A stretch of DNA of 62,933 nucleotides, counting the filler, from Octopus bimaculoides (Eukaryota): assembly GCF_001194135.2 (NCBI RefSeq). It is 7 parts of 7 records of this genome, joined end to end, with 100 filler letters (N's around TTAATTAATTAA, not from the genome) between each part and the next. Parts side by side here need not be neighbours in the genome. Positions count along the whole stretch, not along the records: positions 9,718 to 30,758 come from NC_068997.1; 6 more parts are not named here. The stretch is one strand, 5' to 3'. How positions within the stretch are numbered: position 1 is the stretch's first letter; each line of letters begins with the position of its first letter. The notes beneath the pieces are model-generated. The model ran no database searches, was not told the DNA's origin, and was given only the letters and a program-made list of their open reading frames with translations. Positions 12,965 through 25,586 of this stretch are shown one piece after another. A program made the translations under genes and the position numbers.

Positions 12965-13255
12965 CCACATTTGTTTGTAAAGAGCATAGGGCTGTGACTA
13001 TTTCATGCCACTGGATACAATCTTGGGCTACCTCCTTGATTTCAGGCCAAGAGAGACCGACTGCTTTCACTTCATCCTCCAAGCATCCTCTCAAGTCATC
13101 CATCCTTCCTTCCTGCATTTTTTTCTTTCTTTCTTTCTTTCTCTCTTTCTTTACAGTGCTACTTGGATGTCTCCTTAGAATGTGACTGATCCAGCCCCAT
13201 TTTCTTTTCAGAATGTCTTGATTGATAGGAGTTTGGTTCATTCTATCCCAAAAAC
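12965..13255 (-). mobile_element. RTE/RTE-X-like LINE 3' coding remnant
   Basis: DILKRKWGWISHILRR...EDEVKAVGLSWPEIKEVAQDCIQWHEIVTALCS matches the typical RTE C-terminus. Confidence 0.8.
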
Positions 13256-13408
13256 ATCTATTTGAATATGCATGGAAAAGCGAATTTTAAAACAATGATA
13301 ACAATGATGATCATTGTCATTGAATAATGGTTGAAATACTAATCTCATTTGTTTCTAATCTACATCTACTTGTCAAAGAATGATTTTTTTTCTTCTTCTG
13401 ATTTCTAG

Positions 13409-13493
13409 GTTTATCTTACTGCCAGCTTTGCTTGGTTATTTCACAATGAAACAAGTTGAAGGAGAACGTTCAGAAATTGTCCAGAAAGGAAAA
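13409..13493 (+). CDS. IGBP1: IGBP1/alpha4 (TAP42 family) internal exon: FILLPALLGYFTMKQVEGERSEIVQKGK
   Basis: TTCTAG acceptor, GTGAG donor; aligns by eye to human YLLVPAFQGALTMKQ; 85 nt, phase 2 to 0. Confidence 0.88.
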
Positions 13494-13734
13494 GTGAGTA
13501 GATTGGGGCAACAGCAACAGAAGTATCACTACAACACCATCACCACAACCACCACCACCACCACAACCACCACCACCTTGTTGTTATTGATGTTGCTCTC
13601 CTGTTTTCACTTCTTTCCTAAGAGTCTTGTATTGTAACTAATTGATCTTTATATGGTCATTGAAATAGCAATCAGATCTCCATCAAATCATTCTCTGCTG
13701 TTTTCAAACAGAAGAGACTACATTAGAATAGGTA

Positions 13735-13884
13735 CAGGCATCATTTTGTGGTAAGAAGCTTGCTTCCTAACCACATAGTTCCATGGTTCTGGGTTCAGTC
13801 CCACTGCATAACACCTTTTATAACCTCAGGCCAACCAAAGCCTTGTGAGTGGATTTCGTAAACAGAAACTGAAAGAAGCCTGTC

Positions 13885-13916
<32 letters not shown>

Positions 13917-14150
13917 CTTTGTGTCTTTGTCCTCCCACTGCCATTGCTTGACAACCAGTGTAGGCAAGTTTATATCCCTGTGACTTAGCAGTTCAGCAAA
14001 AGAGACCAATAGAATAAGTACCAGGCTTTAAAAAACAATCTAAAAAATATATGCTGGGTTGATTTATTTTACTTAAAAGATTCTTCTAGGTGATGCCCCA
14101 GCATGGCCACAGTCTAATAACTGAAACAAGTAAAAGATAAAAGATACATA
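13735..14150 (+). mobile_element. SINE type C, near full length
   Basis: Head, core, (TA)/(TG) linker, tail CCCCAGCATGGCCACAGTCTAATAACTGAAACAAGTAAAAGATAAAAGATA. Confidence 0.85.
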
Positions 14151-14249
14151 GACCAAGGCATATTATGTCTTTCATAAAATATGACAGGATGGCCATGACT
14201 GGAATTTCTTTCAACCTATGTCTACTCCAGCACTGCCCTGCTCATCATT

Positions 14250-14560
14250 ATCATCATCATCATCATCATGTAATGTCCATTGTCCATGCTGGCATGGATT
14301 GGACGGTTTGACCAGGACTGATAAGCTGGGGTGCTGCACCAAACTCTAATCTAATTTTGCTTGGTTTCTACAGCTGGATGTCCTTCCTAACACCAACCAC
14401 TCCAAGAGTGTTATGGGTGCTTTTATGTGCCACTGCCATGGGTGCCAGTTGTGTGACACTAGTATCTTCCACGACTACAATTTCACTTGGCTCAATGGGT
14501 CTTCTATTCAAGCACAGCATATTGCCAAAGATCTCAGTCGTTAGTCATTGCCTCGTGAGG
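14250..14560 (-). mobile_element. SINE type D ((ATG)n-tailed)
   Basis: Reverse complement of the AGGAAGG.CATCCAGCTGTAGAAA...CCATGCCAGCATGGA...(ATG)n module seen at 17112-17420. Confidence 0.7.
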
Positions 14561-15826
14561 CTCCTATACAGCAACAACAACTTTCCTATTTCTCCCTTTT
14601 TACTGCTTTTTTCTGCTGTATTCATTCTTGTTTCTTCCTTTTTTCCTTTTCTTCTTTCTTTTCTACTCTTCATTTACATGTTCTTATTGTTGTTATTGTT
14701 TCCATCTTCACCACTATCACATCATACTTCCAGATATCTCTTCAAGGATCATGGCTTACCCTACTCCTTTTTTATCTATTGTTTCTCATCTTTTAAAAAG
14801 GTCTACTATCTACTGACATATACACAAAGGCATTCCAACTGTGACCACCCTGATTTTTTAGGGACACATCTAGGATTACATTATCGAATATGTCTTTTTC
14901 TTATTTAAGACAATAGGTTGTGATTTGAAGGAAATTTGGCTGCTATTTCTGGCAGGTTAAGCAACCATGTAGTGGTTCCTTCTGGTTTAAGTTTGTATTT
15001 AAACCAGTCATATCCAGCCCAACTATTCCACCTGTTTTTGGTTCAAACTAGCTAAAGCCAACCTTTCACACCTACCCTACAATGTCATTCAAAAAATATA
15101 TAATCACTTCATTGAAACCTCAGAGCTACAAGATAATGCATAATTAATTCAAAACAATGTGAATAAATAAGCATTACCGTCAACAAAGTGATCATCATCA
15201 TCGTTTAATATCCACCTTCCATGCTGGCATGGGTTGGACAGTTTGACAGGAGCTGGCCAAGCAGAAGACTGCTCCAGACTTCTGTGTCTGTTTTGGCACG
15301 GTTTTTACGGTTGGATGCCTTTCCTAACACCAACCACCCCACAGAGTGAACTGAGTGCTTTTTATGTGGCACCAGCAGAGGTGATTTGAGTGATCTGAAT
15401 GCTAAAGGGTTAATATGTTAGTGTATGTACTGATGTGTTGGTGTGTGTATGTTTATATGTATATAAAGAAGTGTATTTATTAGTCATTTATTGATAATAT
15501 GTCTTTCTAATGTTCCATTTATTTACAAAAGTATATGTTTTAATATATTAAGAAAGGGTTTTTTTTAAGGGCAGAAAGTCCATGTTATACAACTACAAAT
15601 ACAATAAATATCTTTCTTTTTCACTTTATACCTCCTCCTCTCCTCACTCTCTTCCTCTCTCCTCTTCCTCCCCTCTTCTTCCGACCAATCCTCCTCTCTC
15701 TCTAAATATTCTCTTTGTAAAGAGAAAAACTGAACCCGTTTCTCTCAAATCAATATTTATAATATCTAATACCATTTACAATGAATAGCATTTGACATTG
15801 GAAATTTTGTTATTTTCTTTTTCTAG

Positions 15827-15951
15827 GCTTACTTTAAAGATTTTATGAGACTTTGCTCTCTCTATAAATTAACTTATGTCAAACTGGATCAGAATGATGA
15901 GGAAGACGAAGAAGGGCCCAGTTCAAAAGTTAGCAATAGTAATAAAAGCAG
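15827..15951 (+). CDS. IGBP1: IGBP1 exon: AYFKDFMRLCSLYKLTYVKLDQNDEEDEEGPSSKVSNSNKS
   Basis: Polypyrimidine-TAG acceptor, GTAAG donor; 125 nt, phase 0 to 2. Confidence 0.88.
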
Positions 15952-16799
15952 GTAAGTGCTTTGAAATGGCAATCTAGGTATGTTTTGGCTGATACTGAGG
16001 TAGGTACCACCCCATATCTGACCATTGGTTACCTTCCTCTGACATTCACATACAAAATTACCACCTCTCCTCCCCACCTCAGTCCACTGCCTGCATTCTC
16101 TCTTGTACTTTTGAGATGCTCTGGCATCCCATCACCATCTTTAGCTTCTTTCCAGCTATTCCCACCTTTATATGATATAGAATAACCATATATTTCATCT
16201 ATAGCAAGACACCTTGTACTTGTCCCTCGATGTTACTTTAACCTCCCAATACTTGTCACAAAGCCACCTTCCTTTCTCTCAAATACATCCTTTCACACTC
16301 AATCAAGAAGGCTTTTTCCTTCTCTTTTCTTGCAAGTTATTTGGCAGACTCTCTGTGCTAATGGCATGAAAAAAAAGTCACCAGCACTATTCACTTTGGT
16401 TGCTTTTCCATTTTGACATCATGAGAAAAACTGATGTTAAAATGTAATTGTTTCTATCTAACGAATGATGCATTCCATGACCATTTGTGAAACTGAACCA
16501 ACTACATCATGTGGAAACCATTTTAACCATTCAAAAACAGAAAAGCTGTTAAAATTATATTTTCATTTATTTCTCAAAATGTCAAGAATTTCATTGCATC
16601 ACTGCGACCTGGTTTCCAGTAGTCTACTGTGGAATTGTGTCAGTGACCAGGTTGCAGTAATGCATCGAACTTTTTGACACTTTGGGAAATAAATGAAAAT
16701 TTAATTTAACAGTTTTTGTATGTTTTTAAATGGCTAAAATATCTTTTAATTAATGTGATATCTACTATTGTTTTTGTATATTGACTTCTGAGACTTGTC

Positions 16800-16990
16800 A
16801 TTATTACCATCATTTCAACATCCTTTGTCCATGCTGGCATGGATGAGACAGTTTGACCAGATCCAATGAGCCACAGAGCTGTGTCATGGCTTCTACAGCT
16901 GGATGCCCTTCCCAATGCCAACCACTTTACAGTGTGTACTAGGCACATTTTTTATGGCACCAGCTCTAGTGAGGTTGGCGAATAACTTGC
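16800..16990 (-). mobile_element. SINE type D 3' part
   Basis: Reverse complement of the D tail module. Confidence 0.7.
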
Positions 16991-17111
16991 AAAGCAAAGA
17001 AAGAGAAAAAGCCCCTCTCAAATGAGTGGGAATTTTATTTGCAAGAGGAAGTGGTGGCTTAAGACCATGTGTTGAAGGCTAATGTATAATAGAGGGATAA
17101 GCACAGGTGTC

Positions 17112-17420
17112 TTCAAGCGAGATTGTTGCCAGTGCCCCTGGACTGGCTCTTGTGCGGGTGGCACATAAAATACACCATTTTGAGCGTGGCTGTTGCCAGT
17201 ACCACTTGACTGGCCTTCATGCGGGTGACACATAAAAGCACCCACTACACTCTCTGAGTGGTTGGCGTTAGGAAGGGCATCCAGCTGTAGAAACTCTGCC
17301 AAATCAGATTGGAGCCTGGTGTAGCCATCTGGTTTCACCAGTCCTCAGTCAAATCGTCCAACCCATGCTAGCATGGAAAGCGGACGCTAAATGATGATGA
17401 TGATGATGATGATGATGACA
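17112..17420 (+). mobile_element. SINE type D, near full length
   Basis: Internally duplicated TTGCCAGT...GACTGGC...GCGGGTG.CACATAAAA head; tail CCATGCTAGCATGGAAAGCGGACGCTAA(ATG)n. Confidence 0.8.
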
Positions 17421-17506
17421 ACCCGACATTATGTGAGGGTTGCTAGAAGGGAGATAAGTAATAATATTAATAAAATATTTAATATTATTTGTTTGTTGAC
17501 ATACAG

Positions 17507-17642
17507 AGAATCAAATTTACAAGAAATGGCAAACCAAAGACAAAGTAAAATTGAAAGATATAAAGAACAAAAGAAAATAATAGCTGAATTAAAGGAACTT
17601 CGAACTCATGTGGAAAAGAGTCATGTTGAAGAAGAAGTTGAG
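17507..17642 (+). CDS. IGBP1: IGBP1 exon: ESNLQEMANQRQSKIERYKEQKKIIAELKELRTHVEKSHVEEEVE
   Basis: Matches family motif MA.QRQ.KI.RYK..K; ACAG/GTAAG; 136 nt, phase 2 to 0. Confidence 0.93.
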
Positions 17643-18374
17643 GTAAGTCTTCAAAATCATTAATTTATCGTTGACCTGATGTACTAATTTAGTGTTGTTG
17701 TTGCTGTTTAATTGTGGGTCAGCTTCAATTGAGAAAAACCAATGATTAAAAGCATTCCTGCTGTGACCATCGAGTCTTTATTAAAGGCATGTAAGAATAT
17801 ATTATCTAATTTATTGTTATGGAATAATCTAGTCACTATAAGTAAAGAGAAGTACGTAAAGTACTGGAGTACATAGGCGGTCTTTACTGGTTTTACTAAG
17901 TATACTGTATACCAAAAGTGAGCATTATATCAATCCAACATTTTTAAGGATTATAACAGTGGTGACAGGGATTAAGAAATACTCTTCGTAATCCTAAAAT
18001 CCCAGATTTGATCCCACTGAATTGCATTTGGACAAATGGCTTTCTTTGTGGCCTTGGGTTGAATCAAGTTTTGTGAGAGAAAATTAAGTTGATGGAAACT
18101 GCATGGAATACCAAAAGATGGGTTGTATCTATAATTCAAAAGTACAGCCTTGTCACACACAGTGTCTCACTGATTCCTGAGAATCACATTCAGAGTACAC
18201 ATGTCTGTGGAATACTCAGCCACTTACAAATTCAATTGATTAAACAACCTGATAGTCATTGTTGAACCCAACAGAAATCTATTTACTGTAATGATAATAC
18301 TTCAATGAGATATCTAGTTTTACTTAGGCATTTTCTCAGAGAGCAGACTACAATTATTTATCACTTAAGTCCTT

Positions 18375-18560
18375 CACTCCCTAAGGAGTAGATACCATCG
18401 ACAACTTTTCTCTGCTGTCCTTGGCTCTGAGTGGACTTTTCTACCTCTCTCCAGTTGGATCCCTGTTTTTTCAACTCTGCCTCTGTATCCCACCTCCCTG
18501 AAGGAAAGCCTTCCTCTCCCTGGTCTTTGTTTTGAATTATTGTTAATGCTTCTATAACTT
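18375..18560 (-). mobile_element. RTE-like LINE 3' remnant
   Basis: RPGRGR...GSNWREVEKSTQSQGQQRKVVDGIYSLGSEG on - strand resembles the RTE-X C-terminus. Confidence 0.55.
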
Positions 18561-18595
18561 GGCTTTTTTTCTAGGTAGGGATGTTGGCCCTATAC

Positions 18596-18838
18596 TAATG
18601 TTTCTCAACCGGGGTTCATATGGCTCCATATTTTGGGGGTTCCACACAACAAAATAGTAAATTGAGGATCCACAATAGTAGTTTCAAGAGCCCCTGGAAA
18701 TATTTTGCTTCAGGTGTTTGTATTGTAAGAAACAGCTGGGGTTCTTTCTCTAACATTTTAAACATTGAATGGCTATGATAACCACCAGAATAGAATAATC
18801 AAAGGGGTCCATAGATAAAAAATGGTTGAGAACCCCTG
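18596..18838. mobile_element. hAT-type MITE (243 bp) with 8-bp target-site duplication
   Basis: Ends TAATGTTTCTCAACC / GGTTGAGAACCCCTG; exact TSD CCCTATAC at 18588-18595 and 18839-18846. Confidence 0.8.
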
Positions 18839-20205
18839 CCCTATACAAATCCATTTTTACCTCTGGGAAGGAAGAAGTGATCCATATTAGCCAATCCTCT
18901 ATCCATTGACCTGTCCAGCATGATAAACCCTGCCTGGGGCTTGTGCTCTACTGGCATGGCTCTCAGGGTCATTGAGGAGATCACAATCAATGATGTAATG
19001 TGTGTGTGTGTGTGCACTAATGAGTTGTGTTCATCGTTAATGGAATTATTAGTACATGTGCTTTTGACAGTTAACTTTTGTAAGACAACCGAGATGGTTT
19101 AATAGCCTTTTGTTTTTTTTCCTTTATGGTAGAATTTATATTTTATGAAATTTTAAATCACAGGCATGACTGGTGTGGTTAAGAAGCTCACTTTGCAACC
19201 ACATGGTTTTAGGTTCATTCCTACTGCATGTCTTCTATTATAACCTCATGCCAACCAATACCTTGTAAGTGAATTCAGTTGATGGAAACTGAGGAAACCC
19301 ATTGTGAGTGTATGGTGTGTGTCTTTGTGTCTGTTTGTCACTCCTCACCACCACTTGACAACCAGTATTGGTTTGTTTATGCCCCTATAACTTAACAATT
19401 CAGCAAAAAAAAACCAATAGGCGAAGTACTAGAGTTGGACACTTAAAAAGCACCCATGCCTGTCACATGTTGAAGGTACCCACTACACACTACAGAGTGG
19501 TTGGCATTAGGAAGCCATCAAAACCAAACCAAAACAGACTGCAGCCTGTTGCTGCTCTCCACTTTACCAGTTCCAGCCCAACCGTGTAACCCATGCCAGC
19601 ATGATGATGAAGCATTGAAGTTGATTTGTTTGACTAAACCCTTCACGATAGATGCCTTAGCATGGCCACAGTCTGATAATAAAAACAAGTGAAAGATAAA
19701 AGATAACCCAATTTATTCATGTTGTATCTTGTAAAAATACTAGCTTCTTCTTTAATGCAGGCTTCATGAAACTGATACCACACAAACTGTAAATTTTAAG
19801 TGGGTGTTTTAAATTAGATTCATTGTGATTTAATTTTTACAACCAATGAAAAGCTGTGTTAATGAACATCATTAAATTTACTGACAGTTTATTGATAACG
19901 AAATATTTTTAGTGTGTAGTTGCTGTTTAGCTCCGAATCAGTACTGATCAAAGGCATTCTAATTATGGCCATTCTTCATTTTTATGTATCTGGGTTACAT
20001 TTTCCATTGGGTCCTTCTCATTTTCAAGGTAGAAAGGATATGATTTTGGAGAGACTTAGTTGCTATTTCTAGCAGGTTGAGACCCTTCATTAAATCTCCC
20101 TCTGTTGTTAAGATTGAAATATCTTCTGTCAGTTAAATGTAATTTTTTGTAAATATTTCTTGGTGTTTGATTTGTTTGATTTGTTTGTTTTTTGTTTCTT
20201 TACAG

Positions 20206-20275
20206 AGAAAGTATTACATGTTGCTACTCAAACACTGGATCAACACAGTTATTGATGAATATGAAAATATAAAAT
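20206..20275 (+). CDS. IGBP1: IGBP1 exon: RKYYMLLLKHWINTVIDEYENIK
   Basis: Aligns to human REYYLLHLQRWIDISLEEIESI; TACAG/GTAAG; 70 nt, phase 0 to 1. Confidence 0.92.
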
Positions 20276-20426
20276 GTAAGTACAAATAGCATTGGATTTG
20301 GAGTTTGGTGGTCTTTTCAGGTTTTGCTCTCTTATTCTTATGTGAGTTGACCTGCCTCTGATGCTTATTTTGCATTTTGTTGTTGTTGGATATATGTGCA
20401 GTAGAATGGACGAATAAGATTTGGTG

Positions 20427-20965
20427 CAGAGGTTCTCAGCTGGGGTTCATATAAATTGTTGTTGTTAAAAATTATGTGCAGTAAATTAGCTATACTTCTG
20501 CAATATGTTAGGAAGCGTCTCCAGCCGTTTAAACCAAGCCAAATCAGACTGGAGCCTGGTGCAGCTCTCCTGTTTGCCAACTCTGGTCAAACCATCCAAC
20601 CCATGCCAGCATGGAAAACGGATATTAGTAATATTAGTAGTAGTTGTAGCAGGGGTGGTGGGGATGGCAGTGGCAGTGGTGGCAAAGAAGCAGGAAGATG
20701 AGGAGAGAGAGAGAGAGAGGAAAAAGAGAGAAAGAAAAAAGAAATAGAAAAGGAGTAGAAGAAGGCAGAGGAGGAGAGGAAGAAGGAGGAGGAGGAGAAG
20801 AAGAAGAAGATTTTAGCAATTTCTTTTTATACAATTCAGAATGATATTTAATTATAAAATTATAATAGGATTTTTTAAACATCAAATGGCTATAAGAGTC
20901 CATCTGAGTAAAATTGGAATCAACGGGATCCAGAAATTTTTTTAAAAAATGGTTGAGAACCACTC
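20427..20965. mobile_element. Second copy of the hAT-type MITE, with nested type D SINE and simple repeats
   Basis: CAGAGGTTCTCAGCTGGGGTTCATAT start and AAAAATGGTTGAGAACCACTC end resemble 18596-18838; flanks ATTTGGTG / ATTTACAG match only 5/8. Confidence 0.55.
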
Positions 20966-21789
20966 ATTTACAGTGACAGGCAAGCAGATGGATTGATAGA
21001 TAATGTAGTAGAAATTGTTAAGATTTAAACTCCTGGCTTAGAAGCTGTACTCTAAAGGGTTTTGCATCTCATTCATTAATTCCAACAGTGATTTTGTTTA
21101 TCATTCTTTTCAGAATCTATCCATCCATGTTTTGTGCCTGCTTTTCTTGGGAGCGTCATTGGGGTAGAATCCTGAGGCACCTCCTTCCTAGGGTTTTATC
21201 AGAAGTAGCTTCATTACACTCTTCAGCTGGATTTTCAAGTGTGACCAACTGAAACTATGGATATTGTTATCCAATCATCTTGTTCCTGATCTACCCAAAG
21301 GGTCTCCTGTTATTTAAATCAGCTTCAGGAGTCTGTCTTGAAGTTGTTAAACATTAAATGCAAGCCTCCAGCTCATAAGGCTGGAGATTATGAGGGTCTT
21401 CAAGCTGTTTAGGTGAATGAAAATACTAATCCCATTCAGGAGAAATCTAATACTCTACAGAATTAATCCCCAGCTGCTGTTGTTGCTCACTTTTAACCGG
21501 TCAGACTGGATTAACATGAAGAGAGGTATCTTGCTCAAGGTTACAATGCACTGCCTGGTCTGAGGAATGAATTCACAACCTACTGACTGTGAGCTCAACA
21601 TTCCTAGCCACATCTTTCATCACTACTTGACAACTGGTAATGGTTTGTTTACATCCCCATAAATTAACCTCACACAAACCAACCTTTTACTTGTTTCAGT
21701 CATTGTACTGTGGTCATGCTGGGGCACCAACTTACAGAGTTTAGTCAAACAAAACAGCCCAGTGCTTATTTATTTTTTTAAGTATTGTG

Positions 21790-22083
21790 CCAGTGGTATG
21801 TGAACAAAACATTGGACTGACTCCAGTGCAGGTGGCACATAAAAAACACCATTTGAGCGTGGCTGTTGCCAGTACCGCCGGACTGGCCCTCGTGCCGGTG
21901 GCACGTAAAAAGCACCTACCACACTCTCGGAGTGGTTGGTGTTAGGAAGGACATCCAGCTGTAGAAACTCTGCCAGATCAGATTGGAGTCTGGTGTAGCC
22001 ATCTGGTTCGCCAGTCCCCTGTCAAATCGTCCAACCCATGCTAGCATGGAAAGCAGACATTAAATGATGATGATGATTATGAT
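21790..22083 (+). mobile_element. SINE type D inserted in a type C tail fragment
   Basis: The flanks join up to match the uninterrupted copy at 22738-22897. Confidence 0.75.
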
Positions 22084-22625
22084 GTACTTATTCTACCAGT
22101 CTCTTTGGCTAAATTATGAGGATGTAAACAAACCAATAAAGGCACCTCGGTCATGACCATTCCATTTTTATAGTGGTATCTAGGACTACATTATGTGCCC
22201 TTTACCTTTTTCCTGTCTTGCAGTTTTTTCCTATGATATTCAAATCATATAGCCATTGGTGTTAGGAAGGGCATCCAGCTGTAAAAACTGCCAAAACAGA
22301 CACAGAAGTCTGGTGCAGTCTTCTGCCTGGTCAACTCCTGTCAAATTATCCAACCTATGCAAGCATAGAAGGTTGACGTTAAACGATGATGATGATGATG
22401 ATGATACTGAAGCTGTGACCTTTCAATGCAGAGAAGTAACAACTTGACCTGGAGAGACTCCCTAATCTCTAAGTTATGCACCCTCTCGAGTTGTCTAGAG
22501 ATCCTTCAGTACTGTTTTTGTTTTTTTAAATATACTGAAGCTGAATTAGATTTTTTTTTACTGTTGAAAATCTATTTTTTTTAAACTTCATCTTTTATTT
22601 ATTTTATATTTTTTTAAAAATCTAG

Positions 22626-22705
22626 TTGAACTTCAAATCTTGGAACAAAGGCCTAACATGGCACACAGTCATCAGCGCCAACCAAAAGAACCATCTCCGA
22701 AAAAG
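22626..22705 (+). CDS. IGBP1: IGBP1 exon: (F)ELQILEQRPNMAHSHQRQPKEPSPKK
   Basis: TCTAG/GTGAG; 80 nt, phase 1 to 0; corresponds to human QEIKIL. Confidence 0.85.
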
Positions 22706-23039
22706 GTGAGATTAGCTACATTTTAATTTTTTTTAGATCTTTTACTTGTTTCAGTCATTGTACTGTGGTCATGCTGGAGAACCAACTTAGAGGGTTTAGT
22801 CAAACAAATCAGCCCAGCACTTATTTATTTTTTTAAGTATTGTACTTATTCTATCAGTCTCTTTGGCTAAATTATGAAGATGTAAACAAACCAATACCAT
22901 TACGGAAAAGTGAACGTTAAAATGATGATGAACATTCTTAAATTAGGGAATGGAACATTGGAAAATGTTATCCTATATATACAAACAGACAAGGTAATGT
23001 ATATTATCCGATCTGCTTGTATATTTGTTCCTAATTTTG

Positions 23040-23235
23040 TGGGCTCGTGGGTGCTGGTGCCACATAAAAAGCACCTGTACCAGTGTTGCGTAAAAGCACC
23101 CAGCACACTCTGTAGGAAGGGCATCCAGCTGTAGAAACCAAGCCAAAACAGACATGAAACCTGACCAGCTCTTGTCAAACTGTCCAACCCATGCCAGCAT
23201 GGAAAACGGACGTTAAATGATGATGATGATGAATA
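23040..23235 (+). mobile_element. SINE type D 3' part
   Basis: AGGAAGGGCATCCAGCTGTAGAAA...CCATGCCAGCATGGAAAACGGACGTTAA(ATG)n. Confidence 0.75.
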
Positions 23236-23524
23236 AGCATCAACTGCATTACTCTCCCCAGTCTCTGGCCATAAGAGCAATCCCTTCTACTTGACTAACC
23301 CATAAAATTTATGTTTATTTTAAATATGGTTTGTGTCAGAAGGTTACAATATTTTGTTTTTTACTTCTCTACAATGACATGTAAAATTTGATGCTATAAA
23401 ACATTTTGCTTGAATCTCTTTTATTTTTTAAAAAATATAAATCATTGCTAAAAATTCACAAATAAGGCAGCACAACTTATGCAATTGATGTTTTAACATA
23501 TTTACTCTATATCTTCAATTACAG

Positions 23525-23661
23525 TCATTCCGGCCCTTCATTATAACAAAAGATCAACTCCAAAAGAAAGTTCTAGGGGCTGGTTATCCTAGTTTGCCTA
23601 CCTTAACCATTGAAGAATTCTATGATCAAAAAATCAAGGAAGGAACATTACAATTACCAAC
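23525..23661 (+). CDS. IGBP1: IGBP1 exon: SFRPFIITKDQLQKKVLGAGYPSLPTLTIEEFYDQKIKEGTLQLP
   Basis: Diagnostic PF..T....Q.KV.GAGYPSLPT.T motif; ACAG/GTAAG; 137 nt, phase 0 to 2. Confidence 0.96.
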
Positions 23662-23732
23662 GTAAGTATTTTTTTTTTTTTTAAATGCAAGATGCTGTGT
23701 GTAAAGAGATTTACTTCCAAAATGTATTTAGT

Positions 23733-24380
23733 AGGCGTCGCTGTGTGGTAAGTAGTTTGCCTCCCAACCACATGGTTCCAGATTCAGTTCCACTGTGTGG
23801 CACTTTAGGCAAGTGTCTTATTTCTTTATTGCCCACAAGGGACTAAGCATAGAGGGGACAAACAAGGACAGACAAAGGGATTAAGTCGATTACATCGACT
23901 CCAGTGCGTAACTGGTACTTAATTTATCAACCCCGAAAGGATGAAAGGCAAAGTCAACCTCGGCGGAATTTGAACTCAGAACGTAACAGCAGACGAAATA
24001 CCACTAAGCATTTCGCCTGGCGTACTAATGCTTCTGCCAGTGTCTTCTATTGTAGCCCCAGGTTGGTCAAAACCTTGTGAGTGGGTCCAGTACATGGAAG
24101 CTGAATGAAGCCTGCTGTGTGTGTGTGTGTGTGTGCACATGTTACTGTCTTGTTCTTTAGCATCACGTGATTGTTGTAAATGAGTGTCACTGTCATACAA
24201 GTGGTGTCATTCATTTCCAATATTCTGCAAAAACATGTCTGGTCACGTAGAAATATTACCTTGCTTGGAAACTGGTAAGAGTGGGTGAGAGGAAGAGCAC
24301 TGGCCATAGAAAATCCACCTCAACAAATTCCATCTGACCCATGCAAGCATGAAAAAGTAGATGTTAAAATGATGATGTTG
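23733..24380 (+). mobile_element. SINE type C interrupted by an antisense type B SINE (about 23820-24040)
   Basis: AGTGTCTT at both 23812-23819 and 24039-24046 (TSD of 6-8 bp). Confidence 0.8.
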
Positions 24381-24399
24381 ATAACAATCATCACCATCA

Positions 24400-24640
24400 T
24401 TGTTTAACAACCTCTTTCCATGCTAGCATGGGTTGGACAGTTTGACAGGAACTGGCCAGACAGAAGACTGCACCATACTTCTGTGTCTGTTTTAGTATGG
24501 TTATTACAGCTTAACACCAACCACCCTGCAGAGTGGGCTGAGTGCTTTTTACATGGGCCCCTAGCACAGGAAAAGTCAGTTTTGGCATGGCTTTTACATC
24601 TGGATTCCCTTCGAAGTGGCACCAGCACTTGTCAAGAATT
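24400..24640 (-). mobile_element. SINE type D
   Basis: Reverse complement of the D tail (CCATGCTAGCATGGGTTGGACAGTTTGAC). Confidence 0.7.
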
Positions 24641-25586
24641 AGCAAATTATTAATCATCTAACTGTAGAAACCATTTAAACTAGTTAGCAACCATCATTCA
24701 CCACTGCAACTATTACTTTTACTTAGACAATTTTATTTGATAGTTAAGAATGTATAATACTGAAATGAATATAATGTTGTCTGGAACTAGATTTGGTGCC
24801 ATGATAAAACACTCCCAGTAAACTCTGTGACGTGGTTGGCATTAGGAAGGGCATTCAACCATAGAAACCCTGCCAATATAGACATTATAAATGAGATGTT
24901 GTCTCCTAACCACACTGAAGAGGACAGTAACTCCAAACAAGAACTAACTTGAACCATGACAGCTCACACAGCCTGTCTTCTACTATAGACCCAAGTCAAC
25001 CAATCCCTTGTGTGTGGATTTAGTTGATGGAAACTGAAAGAAGCCCATCATGTGTACAGTTGTCCTGCTGTCATGTGATGACTGTAAGCTATGTTATTTC
25101 TAGTCTTCCAGGAAAAACATACCTGGGCCATGGGGAAATATTACTTTGCTTGGAAACTGATGAGTGTTGGCAACATGAAAGGCATTCATCATCATCATCA
25201 TTATCATCATCATCATCATTATCATCATCATAAAAATCAACCTTTTACATCTGTTTTCCATATTGGCAAGCCAGAAAGCTGCACCGGGTTCCAGTTGTGT
25301 GTCTTGACTTAGTTTCAATGGCTGAATGCCCACCACTCCCCAGAGTGTGCTGGGTGCTTTTTATGTGGCACCAGCACAGGTGCTTTTTGCATGTTTTTAA
25401 AATCTGCCCCAAGTAATCCCATGTGACCTATGCAAGCAGGTCGTAAAAGTGGACATTAAACAATGATGATGATGATGATACTATAATAAATCATTTAGAT
25501 ACCATTGGATAATTAATTGACTTATAGAAAAGAATACAGAGACAAGAAAGACTGACTAAATGTTTGTGTTTTTGTTATTCAATAAA

